This document shows, one piece after another, positions 8,891 through 18,491 of a stretch of 64,000 nucleotides of DNA. The notes below the pieces were generated by a model. It was not told where the DNA came from. It did no database searches and saw only the letters and a list, made by a program, of their open reading frames with translations. The translations under genes and the position numbers were made by a program. The stretch covers positions 440 to 64,439 of the forward strand of contig JABGOP010000005.1 in the NCBI GenBank assembly GCA_018645365.1, in the 5' to 3' direction. How positions within the stretch are numbered: position 1 is the stretch's first letter; every line of letters begins with the position of its first letter. This DNA is from Candidatus Cloacimonadota bacterium. GTDB lineage: Bacteria > Cloacimonadota > Cloacimonadia > Cloacimonadales > TCS61.

Positions 8891-11800
8891 ATGATTAGAA
8901 AAATATTTATAATTTTGGCTGTTTTATTTTCTGCATCAATTTTTGCGGAAATTTTTACTATTTTAGAAGAATCGGAAAATCATCTGATTATCGAATTTAA
9001 TCTACCCGATTATGAGATTTCTGAAACGCAAAATATCATTTGTAAAAACAGCTTTGGCATCACCGAAAATGGTTATCCACAGCTCCCATTTTTTAACGAA
9101 ACTATCGGTTTACCAATTGATGGCGATTTGACGATTTCTATTTTGGAGAATCAACAACAAAATTTGCAAAACATCCAACTTTCACCTTTTCAAAATGAAT
9201 TAAATACAGAAAATTCTCAACCCTCAAACTCATCAAAAATGAATTTTGCTATCTTTCCCAAAAAAATCATTGAAAAAAAAAGTTCTGCTTTTATCGGAGA
9301 CCGAAAATTTTGTGGCATAAATATTTTCCCTTTTCGCTACAAACCAAAAATGAACGAGCTTATTGTCTCTCAAAAAATCATTTTTAAGGTAAATATCTCG
9401 GGTAATAAATCTACAACACGAAATCATTTTAGCAACAATTTTATTGATGAAGTCAGCGATGATTTTTTTCTGAATAATAGGTTTTCCAAAAACTGGAGAT
9501 TGAAGCGAAATACCGCAGAATATCAACCACCTCGAAATGAAAATATCATCAATGAAATTCAAATAATTGTTAATGAAGAAGGTATTTACAGAGTTTCATT
9601 TACAGATTTATTCGAACTCACTTCAAATTTTAACGATTCACTCCATTTCGCGTTTGAATGGGAAAATATCAACCCCAAAAAGTTAGAATTATTTGATGAA
9701 AATGGAGTTGTACCACTCCATTTTGTCGGTGAAAATGGCAACACTTTTGATGAAGATGATTATTTCGAATTTTGGGGCACACCACATCTCGGTGACGAAC
9801 AATATATGGATGATTACACCGCTGAAAATGTTTACATTTTAAGATTATCAGATAATTTTGGTAGCAGAATGGCGGTGGAAAATGGTGGTTTAATCAACCT
9901 CGATCCAGACGATTTCACCGTTCCACAATCGTTCCAACAAACTATCCACTTTGAACAGCAAAACATCGCCGCTATTTTGAGCGTTCAATGGGACCACACC
10001 GACCACAACTATTTCCGGGAAGACATCTGGTTTTGGGATAAATTAAACGCACCCACTTTGGAGCGATATCCATTTGAAATTCAGTATCCACATCAATCTG
10101 CAATTCGCAACCTCAATGCTAAAATTTGCCTTTTCGGTACCTCTTATTTGGAAGATGACCCAGACACTGAAGATATCGATGAATATGAAGATATCGACAA
10201 TCACCGCGCACAAGTTCACATAAATTCTTCTTTGATAAATCAAATGGATTGGTGGGGACAAAATGAACAAATTTTTGAGAATACGAACACCATTCAAAAT
10301 TTAAATCTAAATCATGGACTAAACGATCTTTATATCGGCGCTCCCGGTATTCCTGGCATCAATGCAGAGCAACAAACTTTTGACTATTTTGATTTAACTT
10401 ACTGGCGTGAATACAAAACAGATGAAAATTTTATCCGTTTTTCCAAGCCACAAAACAAACCTTTAGATTTATATCAATTTGAAATTGATGGATTTTCGAA
10501 CGATGATATTTCGATTTACAAACTTGGGTGTAGCGTTTTTGAAAATCTACAAATAGAACCATTTTTTGAAGGTGATGGGGCACCATTCAAAGTATCTTTT
10601 CAAGACAGCATTTTTTCGCAAAACACAGAATATTATGCCGTCACAAATGACCAAAAAAAATCACCAAAATTCATAAGAGTAAATACTCCTTCAAACTTGA
10701 AATCTCCCTCAAATTCAGCAGAATATGTCGTTATCACCATTCAAGATTTCACGGCAAATGAACACCTTCTGAATTTCAAAAACTTTTGGGAAAGTAGGGG
10801 AATCAACACCAAAATAATTGCACTTCAAAATATTTTTGACGAATTTAATCACGGCATTCGTTCCGCACAAGCAATCAGAGATTTTCTGCAATACGCTTAC
10901 AATAATTGGAATTATCCACAACTTTCTCATGTTTTACTTTTGGGCGATGGTATCACAGACGAACGCGATGACAGTAGCAATAGACCTTATAATTTGATTC
11001 CATTCAAAAATATTTGGGAAAGTGGACGCGGTGTAGTCCCATCTGATAACTGGTTTGGATGTATCGTTGGAGATGATTATGTGCCGGACATCAGCATTAG
11101 CCGAATAAACATTTGGAACGAAAGTCAAATCGAAGGCGTTGTAAATAAAACTATTCACCATGTGAATAATCCAAACTACGATGATCTTTGGCACAGCAAA
11201 ATAATTATGGCTGCGGGTGGAAAGCCCAGCGAAGGCATCTACTTTGCCGAACAAAGTGAACGCGTTATTGATGAAATGATTCCGCCAGAATTTTCTGTTA
11301 AGCGAATTTATTGCAACACAAATGGGCTTCCAAGCGGTTACGCTGGAAATACTCTCTCCCTCCTAAATTCTATCAATAACGGTGCTTCTTATGTCCAATT
11401 TCTCGGACATGGTAGTGGATATGTTTGGGCAGATTACAATCTCCTTAACTTTAATGACATCGTTACTTTGAATAATGTTAATTATCCATTTGTGGCAAGT
11501 CTATCGTGCAATGGATCTTCGTTCAATCAACCCCAAAGCACTTCGATTGGTGAAAAACTCATCATTACACCAGAAAAAGGTGCTATTGCCCATTTTGGCT
11601 TTACCGGTTACGGTTACAAAAGTCAAAATGAATTTTTCAGTAAAATGCTCACAGAATCTATTTTTCAATCCAACTTACAGTCAGTTGGAAAAATGGTAGA
11701 TTTAACCAAAGCCAAATTTTATTCTGCTTATGGTAGTGAAAGCTTTGCCACAAAAGCTTTCGTCGATGCTGGTGCTCTTTTTGGCGACCCGATGGTACCG

Positions 11801-13864
11801 ATTATTAGACCTGCCGAAAAACGAAATATCACTATCAATAAATACAATTTCAGCGAAGGTGACACACTTCAAATTTCAGTAGAAGTAGGTCCAAACATCA
11901 CAAAAGGTAAGTTTGTAATCTTTGATGAAGACGATGTTCAAATTCCACTCAATCAATATTATCCATTTGAAATTGTGGCAGAAAATGATACAATTAAATT
12001 AAACAGTTTTGTCGTGCCGGAATCCGCAAATTTAATTTACACAGATTACATAAAATTTTACGGTTTTGGGGAAGATTTTGAGGTAAATGGAATAACTAAT
12101 TTCACAGTTGGAAAAACAGCAGTTATCAATCTAGAAACATTGCCCGAAAATCCTACTGCAACTGACTCTGTCCATATTCAAGCAGACTTTTTTGATGAAG
12201 ATGAAATTGACTATATTATTTTAAAACTGTATCCTTTTTTTGATGATTATGAAATGACTAATATCGACGGTGCAAAATACAAAACCACAAACCCACTGCC
12301 AACTGTAAATCCTGGTAGCAAGGTCACTTTTCACTTCGAAATATTTGACATAAATGGAGATTCAACCCACTCAAAAAATTACAATTACACTACTATTGGA
12401 GCAGATTTAAGTCTCCAAATTATGGAATTAATCGAACACGAAAATCAACCCACAATTAAATTATTCATCAAAAATAAAGGAACTGATATCGCTGAATTTT
12501 GCCAAATAAAACTCGAATTTTTGAACACCGAACTGGAACCAATTTTAGCAGATTTCACACCTCTCCCAGAATTGGAAGAAAGATGGAGCTACATTTCATT
12601 ACCATCTGAGGCTTTAAGTGATACCGTTGAAATTCGAGCAGTTGTAAACGAAAATGCTGAATTTTTCCCAGAAATAGCTACGCTGAATAATGAGTTAACC
12701 AAAACCTTCAATTTGAATTACTTTCAAATCGGAAATTCTGCTGCTACCATCAGTAGTTTAGACGGAAATGTAGATTGCATTTTTCCTGAACACTTTGCAC
12801 CAGATAGCGTGTTTTTCTATCTCAATAATCTCGGCATAAAGGAAGCGATAAATCAGCCGGATATTCAAAATGTTTTATTAGCAAATGACAATTATTCTAC
12901 TGCTTATGAAATTGGTGTAATTGACGAATTATTTTTGGCAGACTCGCTTGGACATTTTCCAAATAATCAAGAAATTACCCTAATATTTCATTTCAATCCG
13001 AACGATACTTTACAGCAAATAAACACGACTGACTTCGATCTTTATTGTTGGCAAAATGACTTTGAAAAATGGGTTTACGCGGCTCCTACAATTGTTTCTG
13101 GCGATTCCATTGAAGCAAAAATAGACCGTATCGGAATTTATACGATTTTGCAAAATAACGACCACACCTCGCCCTACATTGAAGCAAATGTGGAAGGGCA
13201 AGAATTTAGCCAATCGAACATCAGTGAGGATTTTACTTTTGGTGGCTACATTTCACGAACCGGCACAATTTCATTTCTACTTTCAGACGAAAATGGCATA
13301 AATGTTTTCGACGAAAGCCTCAAATTATTTCTTTCTGACGAGTTTGATGTAGTCGAAATCGAAAAGGAAAATTATTCTATTTCTGCAACTTATGGGAATC
13401 TCATAAATATACCGATTAAGTATACATTAAATAATCTTGCAAGTGGAAATTATGTCATCACGATGGATTGTTCTGATGTAAATAATAATGCTAAAACACT
13501 CGGAATTGAGTTTCAAATTAATGAAGAATTTAATGTTTTGAATTTCGCTAACTATCCAAATCCAATCAAAACGCAGACAACAAATTATTGCAATTCGGGC
13601 AGAACGCGATTTACTTATGTTCTCACCGATAATGCCGACAATGTGAGCATCAAAATTTACACCGTTAGTGGCAGATTGGTAAAAACTTTGGGCAATTTAC
13701 CAACCGCCGTCGGTTACCACGAATTTCCGCGTACCGTCTATGGTTGGGATTGCACCGATAATGAAGGACATTATCTCGCAAATGGCGTTTATTTCTACCG
13801 CATTACCGCCAAAAAAGGAAATGATGTTGTAGAAAAAATCGAAAAAATGGCGATTCTAAAGTAG
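8891..13864 (+). CDS. secreted peptidase C25 (gingipain/PorU-like) with T9SS-type C-terminal sorting domain
   Basis: 1657 aa with a signal peptide (MIRKIFIILAVLFSASIFA). Catalytic block FLGHGSGYVWADYNLLNFNDIVTLNNVNYPFVASLSCNGSSF aligns with the gingipain GHGS...PF...C.NG pattern (His840 at nt 11408, Cys873 at nt 11507). The last 107 aa (nt 13541..13861) read NFANYPNPI...VSIKIYTVSGRLVKTL...GVYFYRITAK...KMAILK, matching the Por secretion tail / FlgD-Ig-like pattern. Confidence 0.8.
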   Translation: MIRKIFIILAVLFSASIFAEIFTILEESENHLIIEFNLPDYEISETQNIICKNSFGITENGYPQLPFFNETIGLPIDGDLTISILENQQQNLQNIQLSPFQNELNTENSQPSNSSKMNFAIFPKKIIEKKSSAFIGDRKFCGINIFPFRYKPKMNELIVSQKIIFKVNISGNKSTTRNHFSNNFIDEVSDDFFLNNRFSKNWRLKRNTAEYQPPRNENIINEIQIIVNEEGIYRVSFTDLFELTSNFNDSLHFAFEWENINPKKLELFDENGVVPLHFVGENGNTFDEDDYFEFWGTPHLGDEQYMDDYTAENVYILRLSDNFGSRMAVENGGLINLDPDDFTVPQSFQQTIHFEQQNIAAILSVQWDHTDHNYFREDIWFWDKLNAPTLERYPFEIQYPHQSAIRNLNAKICLFGTSYLEDDPDTEDIDEYEDIDNHRAQVHINSSLINQMDWWGQNEQIFENTNTIQNLNLNHGLNDLYIGAPGIPGINAEQQTFDYFDLTYWREYKTDENFIRFSKPQNKPLDLYQFEIDGFSNDDISIYKLGCSVFENLQIEPFFEGDGAPFKVSFQDSIFSQNTEYYAVTNDQKKSPKFIRVNTPSNLKSPSNSAEYVVITIQDFTANEHLLNFKNFWESRGINTKIIALQNIFDEFNHGIRSAQAIRDFLQYAYNNWNYPQLSHVLLLGDGITDERDDSSNRPYNLIPFKNIWESGRGVVPSDNWFGCIVGDDYVPDISISRINIWNESQIEGVVNKTIHHVNNPNYDDLWHSKIIMAAGGKPSEGIYFAEQSERVIDEMIPPEFSVKRIYCNTNGLPSGYAGNTLSLLNSINNGASYVQFLGHGSGYVWADYNLLNFNDIVTLNNVNYPFVASLSCNGSSFNQPQSTSIGEKLIITPEKGAIAHFGFTGYGYKSQNEFFSKMLTESIFQSNLQSVGKMVDLTKAKFYSAYGSESFATKAFVDAGALFGDPMVPIIRPAEKRNITINKYNFSEGDTLQISVEVGPNITKGKFVIFDEDDVQIPLNQYYPFEIVAENDTIKLNSFVVPESANLIYTDYIKFYGFGEDFEVNGITNFTVGKTAVINLETLPENPTATDSVHIQADFFDEDEIDYIILKLYPFFDDYEMTNIDGAKYKTTNPLPTVNPGSKVTFHFEIFDINGDSTHSKNYNYTTIGADLSLQIMELIEHENQPTIKLFIKNKGTDIAEFCQIKLEFLNTELEPILADFTPLPELEERWSYISLPSEALSDTVEIRAVVNENAEFFPEIATLNNELTKTFNLNYFQIGNSAATISSLDGNVDCIFPEHFAPDSVFFYLNNLGIKEAINQPDIQNVLLANDNYSTAYEIGVIDELFLADSLGHFPNNQEITLIFHFNPNDTLQQINTTDFDLYCWQNDFEKWVYAAPTIVSGDSIEAKIDRIGIYTILQNNDHTSPYIEANVEGQEFSQSNISEDFTFGGYISRTGTISFLLSDENGINVFDESLKLFLSDEFDVVEIEKENYSISATYGNLINIPIKYTLNNLASGNYVITMDCSDVNNNAKTLGIEFQINEEFNVLNFANYPNPIKTQTTNYCNSGRTRFTYVLTDNADNVSIKIYTVSGRLVKTLGNLPTAVGYHEFPRTVYGWDCTDNEGHYLANGVYFYRITAKKGNDVVEKIEKMAILK

Positions 13865-13872
13865 GTGGAAAA

Positions 13873-14883
13873 ATGAAAAAAATAATTTTACTGATTTCAC
13901 TTTTGATTACGATAAATCTTTCTGCCAGTAGATACGCTGGCGATTTTTTGATAATCGGTACGGGTGTTCGCGCCGCTGGAATGGGTGGTGCATTTTCCGC
14001 TATCGCTAACGATGGCTCCGCGGTTTACTGGAATGCATCTGGACTTTCCCAAATCAAAAAAACCGAAGCAAGTTTGATGCGTGCTTATCTCTATAAAAAT
14101 CTTGCAGTTTACGATAATTTCACATTTTGTCAACCACTTCCCGGAGATGTTACAATCGGCTTGAATTGGACGCGGCTTTCGATTGATGATATCCCAATTT
14201 TCTCGGAAGAATGGCTCGTCTATTCCGTTGATTATCGTACTTCTCACCACGAATTCAACCTGCCCGGCACACCTGATGGGCAAATGAAAAGCACCGATGA
14301 TGTTATTCAATTTGCTTTCGCAAAACACATTCATAAAGACATCAATTTAGGTTGGTTATTTTTTGAAGTTCCGCTCGACTTACATTTTGGCATTACCATC
14401 AAATACATCAATCGGAACATCGCCGAAAATACCGCAAATGGAACTGGTTTTGATTTCTCGGTAATGGCAAAAACAGATTTGGCGCTCCTTTTTGAAAAAA
14501 ATTGGTTAGGCAAAATAAAATTCAGCACAAATTTTCAAGATGTTGGCGGAACCGATATTACGTGGATTGTAGAAGATGATTTTTCCAACCGAACCGATGA
14601 AATTTTATTCAATACAAAAGTCGGCGTGGCGATTATTCAACCTTTAAAATTCATCGACTCTTCCATTACGATATCTTCAGATACAGACTACATTTACGGT
14701 AAAAGTCAACACTTCGGAATGGAATACTATTATAAAAATATTTTGGGGTTACGCACTGGTTATTACAATGAACATATTTCAGCCGGTTTAAGCTTGAAAT
14801 TCTATAATTTCACCATTGATTACGCTTTCGTAACAAACTCACTTGCCAACACAAATCGCATTGGTTTGACACTAATTTTTTAG
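13873..14883 (+). CDS. outer-membrane beta-barrel protein, PorV/PorQ-like (FadL-fold) candidate
   Basis: 336 aa with a signal peptide. N-terminal motif GTGVRAAGMGGAFSAIANDGSAVYWNASGLS is typical of the PorV/PorQ/UPF0164-type barrels as I recall them. Alternating beta-strand pattern, aromatic C-terminal residue (LTLIF). 8-nt gap from the C25 gene. Confidence 0.5.
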   Translation: MKKIILLISLLITINLSASRYAGDFLIIGTGVRAAGMGGAFSAIANDGSAVYWNASGLSQIKKTEASLMRAYLYKNLAVYDNFTFCQPLPGDVTIGLNWTRLSIDDIPIFSEEWLVYSVDYRTSHHEFNLPGTPDGQMKSTDDVIQFAFAKHIHKDINLGWLFFEVPLDLHFGITIKYINRNIAENTANGTGFDFSVMAKTDLALLFEKNWLGKIKFSTNFQDVGGTDITWIVEDDFSNRTDEILFNTKVGVAIIQPLKFIDSSITISSDTDYIYGKSQHFGMEYYYKNILGLRTGYYNEHISAGLSLKFYNFTIDYAFVTNSLANTNRIGLTLIF

Positions 14884-14891
14884 GAGATTTT

Positions 14892-15665
14892 ATGAAATAT
14901 TTTATCATTTTATTAATTATCATTATTTTAAGCTGTGCCGGTGAAGACATCACAGATTCGGACACAACACCACCCAACGCTCCACAATTAATCCCTCATC
15001 TCGGCGATAGTTTTATCTCCGCACACGACAGCACAAATTTTTATAACGGGCTGGATTTTGACATTGAAAACAACGGTATAGACGCATTTGGAGATGGCAT
15101 TCAGCTACAATGGCACCATCTGCCAGAACCAGATATTGATTATTTGAAAATTTATCGATTTTCACTGGAAGATTATAATCAAGATTTAGAATTAATCGAA
15201 TACTCTACTTGTCTTGATACTCTAAATTATGACAATCAAATGCTTTATCTTGATCAAGATCCACATCTACCTCTTCAAACAAATTTGTTTTACTTTATGA
15301 CTGCGATTGATAATGCTGGAAATGAATCTGATTTTTCTAATCTCGTTTGCTATAAACTTCTTAGTCAGCCACTAATTTCCTCAACTGACAGCTTATTTTT
15401 TGAATGGGATCCAGAAGGTTATGCTTCATTCCGCATCATGCTTTTTAATGAAAACCACGAATTAATTTGGAGTGATGACCCAATTGATGTTAGTACAGCT
15501 ACACTTCCAATTGAATATGATGGTCCAGAAATTCAAACTCCCGCAATTTTAAGCTGGCGAGTTGACGTTTTTGGCACTTTGTTTACACCGTTGCCGATTA
15601 ATGGAATCGTTTACACTGTCGAATCTGGTGCTGAATCAAACGAAGGTCAAATAAATCTACAATGA
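14892..15665 (+). CDS. lipoprotein with FN3-like domain, unknown function
   Basis: 257 aa. Lipobox ILSC at the end of the signal peptide. The segment LQWHHLPEPDIDYLKIYRF...YFMTAIDNAGNESDFSNLVCY resembles a bacterial fibronectin-III fold signature. Confidence 0.45.
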   Translation: MKYFIILLIIIILSCAGEDITDSDTTPPNAPQLIPHLGDSFISAHDSTNFYNGLDFDIENNGIDAFGDGIQLQWHHLPEPDIDYLKIYRFSLEDYNQDLELIEYSTCLDTLNYDNQMLYLDQDPHLPLQTNLFYFMTAIDNAGNESDFSNLVCYKLLSQPLISSTDSLFFEWDPEGYASFRIMLFNENHELIWSDDPIDVSTATLPIEYDGPEIQTPAILSWRVDVFGTLFTPLPINGIVYTVESGAESNEGQINLQ

Positions 15666-15720
15666 TTTATCTTGACTCAAAAAAGATGATTGAATCTTTT
15701 GTGAAATCAGAGGAGATTTT

Positions 15721-16200
15721 ATGAAAAAAATATTTTTATTCATCGTTTTGTTAAGCGTTGTTTCTGTTGTATTTTCACAAGTAGAAAGCAATTTCAATCA
15801 AGCTTCTATCTACCAATACTCTGGGACTTTGGCTGGTACAGAACAGTTAAAAATTCGTACTTACATTTGGGGACAAGTTAAAAATCCCGGTCTCTATATC
15901 GTGCCGGATAATACTGATATTCTCACGCTTATCTCTTCTGCGGGTGGACCAACTGAACACGCAAAACTTTCCAAAATAAAAATAATTAGAACTGCAGATG
16001 GCAAAGAAGAAGTCATTAATGTCGATTTACGAAAATATCTTGATACCGGTAACGCTAAACTGGTTACAATCTTGAAACCTGGCGACACAATTGTCGTACC
16101 TGGTTCCACATATTATGCTTTCACAAAAGCAGTAAGTTGGCTTTCTCAAATTGCCGCAGTCCTTTCCACATACATAATAATAACCAGTCTCAACAACTAA
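15721..16200 (+). CDS. miniature polysaccharide-export (OPX/Wza-like) protein: signal peptide + single SLBB domain + C-terminal hydrophobic helix
   Basis: 159 aa. IWGQVKNPGLYIVPDNTDILTLISSAGGPTEHA...ILKPGDTIVVPGS matches the SLBB beta-grasp pattern. The C-terminal AVSWLSQIAAVLSTYIIITSL is helix-like. No Poly_export (PES) domain is visible. Confidence 0.6.
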   Translation: MKKIFLFIVLLSVVSVVFSQVESNFNQASIYQYSGTLAGTEQLKIRTYIWGQVKNPGLYIVPDNTDILTLISSAGGPTEHAKLSKIKIIRTADGKEEVINVDLRKYLDTGNAKLVTILKPGDTIVVPGSTYYAFTKAVSWLSQIAAVLSTYIIITSLNN

Positions 16201-16211
16201 AAAGAGGAATT

Positions 16212-18491
16212 ATGCAAAATCAAAATTACCAAGAATTTGAAGAACAGGAAATTAATTTTACCGATTATCTAAACATCGTGGCGCGCTACAAATGGATTGC
16301 AATTTCACTATTTGTGGCAATCGTGGGCATCTCTTTTCTCTACACCGCCAGATCACCGCGTATCTACAAAACCAAAGCAACTGTTCTTTTGGAAGAAAAC
16401 AGAACGAGCGACCTCTTCATCGCCAGTTATGGCACAAATACATCTACCATAAATAATAACATCTACATTTTGAAAAGCCGACCTGTTGTAACCTTAATCT
16501 ATAAATTGATGCAAGGTCATGATGATTTTGAAAGATTTCCTGTTTATAAGTTAGGTGCGCAAAACGCCGTCAGCCACATTATTCAAAATTTATCTATCGA
16601 GACAGAACGCGATACAGATTTGCTGTTTATTAATGCTGAATCTACTTATCCAATTGAAGCAAAAGAGATTGCAAATTCGGCTGCACGCGCTCTGCAACAA
16701 CAAGATACAGATTACGCTCGAACAGAATTTCGCAGTATTAGAGAATTTTTATCGCTCCAACTTGATGACCAAGAACGCAATCTTCGTGAAGCAGAAGAGC
16801 AATTGCGTTCATATAAAATTGAGCATGGAATTTCGATGTTATCAGAAGAGACAACTGCACTTATCGAACGCTCCTCTGAACTCGAAAAACTCCTTGCGGA
16901 AGCTAAAACAGATTTGAATGTATCTACTCAACATCTCGCCTACTTAAAAAAAGAACTTTCAGGACAAGATTCCCTTTTGACAGATGTAAACATCACACTA
17001 AATACCCCTTTTTTGGAAGAATTGAAAACCGAAATAATCTTGAAACAAGCTGAATATTTAAGATTATTAATTGATGCAAAATATCCAGAAACTCACCCTG
17101 ACCTTGTTTCAAGAAAAAAATCCATCGAAGATTCGAAAGAAACATTAAAAACTGAAATCCAAAAAACATTGCTCATCAAAGCCGGTTCGGCAGACCCACT
17201 TATTTATCGTTCCGATCTTATCGGAAAAATTTCAATAGCACAAATCGAGCACAACATCAAACAATCAAAGGTTAAAGGACTCAAGAAAGCAGTCGAAAAT
17301 TACAATAGTCAAATGTCCATTTTACCTGACACTGAAATTCAATTGGCGCGCTTCACTCGCAACACTAGAATGAGCGAAAAAATTTATTCGATGTTGGTTG
17401 AAAAATACGAAAATGCCAAAATTGTAGAAAAATCTAAAGTTGGAAAAATACGCATTGTGGAAGAAGCAATGTTACCAACAAAACCAATCAAACCGAACAA
17501 AAAGATGAATTTGATGATAGCACTAATTTTAGGTGTTGGAGCTGGCGTTGGTACAGCGTTGATGCTCCATTCGTTCGATTCTAAGATTAGAACTTTCGAC
17601 GATATGAAGCGAAGTGTAGCACTCCCCATTTTGGGAACAATTCCGCACATTCTAGTTTCAGACGATGATCTCGACCAGATTGAAAATCTAATTTTGAAAA
17701 GCAAAGATTCTAAAAAAGATGGATTGAAGGCAATTAAACAACGAATGGTTTCACGCTTAATTTCGAGTTATGCACCAAAATCATCGAGCTCAGAAGCTTT
17801 CCGAATTTTACGAACAAACCTGCTTTCACAAAGAAAAAATGGCAATCCACTCTCTATTTTGATATCCAGCTCTGGACCACGAGAAGGTAAATCTACTGTA
17901 ATTTCCAATTTAGCAATAACCTTAGCACAGATGGATGCAAAAGTTATTTTGCTCGATCTCGATTTACGCCGACCTGTGTTGCATAAGCTTTTTGGAATTG
18001 AGAAAAAAACTGGAATGAGTGATTATCTACTTTCCGAAAATGCTAAAATTGAAGATTCTATCAAAGAAACTGGCGTTAAAAATTTAAGTGTGATTACCTG
18101 TGGAATAATTCCCCCAAATCCATCTGAATTACTCGCTTCCCAAAAAATGCTGAAAACAATTCAACTTCTGAAAGAAAAATATGATTATGTTATCATTGAC
18201 TCACCACCAGTGATTGCCGTAACAGATTCTATGGTACTTTCAAAACATGTAGATATGCTTGTGCTAGCCGTTCGAGTTGACTTGGCAGACAAAAAAGTTT
18301 TGAAACGCACCAAGGAATTAATCGACAATATTGGTGCAAATATAAACGGTGTTATCGTAAATGGAATTAAACCACGAAATTATTACAGCCGTTACGAATA
18401 TAATTATTATTACTACTATTATTACGGAGATTCAGATAGTCGAAATGCAGACCAGCCAAATATCTTACGCAAAAATAAATCTCTTTATTGA
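16212..18491 (+). CDS. polysaccharide co-polymerase / tyrosine autokinase (Wzc/EpsG/GumC-type PCP-2a BY-kinase)
   Basis: 759 aa from ATG 16212 (AAGAGGAAT RBS); the track ORF starts 25 codons upstream. N-terminal Wzz-like region with a TM helix and a long coiled-coil periplasmic part, then a second TM. Walker A SSSGPREGKST, Walker A' ILLDLDLRRP, Walker B YVIIDSPP. C-terminal Tyr cluster YYSRYEYNYYYYYYY. Confidence 0.85.
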   Translation: MQNQNYQEFEEQEINFTDYLNIVARYKWIAISLFVAIVGISFLYTARSPRIYKTKATVLLEENRTSDLFIASYGTNTSTINNNIYILKSRPVVTLIYKLMQGHDDFERFPVYKLGAQNAVSHIIQNLSIETERDTDLLFINAESTYPIEAKEIANSAARALQQQDTDYARTEFRSIREFLSLQLDDQERNLREAEEQLRSYKIEHGISMLSEETTALIERSSELEKLLAEAKTDLNVSTQHLAYLKKELSGQDSLLTDVNITLNTPFLEELKTEIILKQAEYLRLLIDAKYPETHPDLVSRKKSIEDSKETLKTEIQKTLLIKAGSADPLIYRSDLIGKISIAQIEHNIKQSKVKGLKKAVENYNSQMSILPDTEIQLARFTRNTRMSEKIYSMLVEKYENAKIVEKSKVGKIRIVEEAMLPTKPIKPNKKMNLMIALILGVGAGVGTALMLHSFDSKIRTFDDMKRSVALPILGTIPHILVSDDDLDQIENLILKSKDSKKDGLKAIKQRMVSRLISSYAPKSSSSEAFRILRTNLLSQRKNGNPLSILISSSGPREGKSTVISNLAITLAQMDAKVILLDLDLRRPVLHKLFGIEKKTGMSDYLLSENAKIEDSIKETGVKNLSVITCGIIPPNPSELLASQKMLKTIQLLKEKYDYVIIDSPPVIAVTDSMVLSKHVDMLVLAVRVDLADKKVLKRTKELIDNIGANINGVIVNGIKPRNYYSRYEYNYYYYYYYGDSDSRNADQPNILRKNKSLY

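Noticed and set aside
16137-16211. Upstream extensions of ORF-track frames. The same applies at 18361, 24697, 30399, 31124, 37822, 37877, 39428, 48733, 55345, 55500, 57427 and 60462.
   Set aside because: In each case an internal ATG with a good Shine-Dalgarno sequence matches the expected N-terminus of the family. The extension overlaps the preceding gene or lacks an RBS.
18381-18425. TAT/TAC-rich run that looks like a microsatellite
   Set aside because: It is explained by the C-terminal tyrosine cluster that is the autophosphorylation site of BY-kinases.
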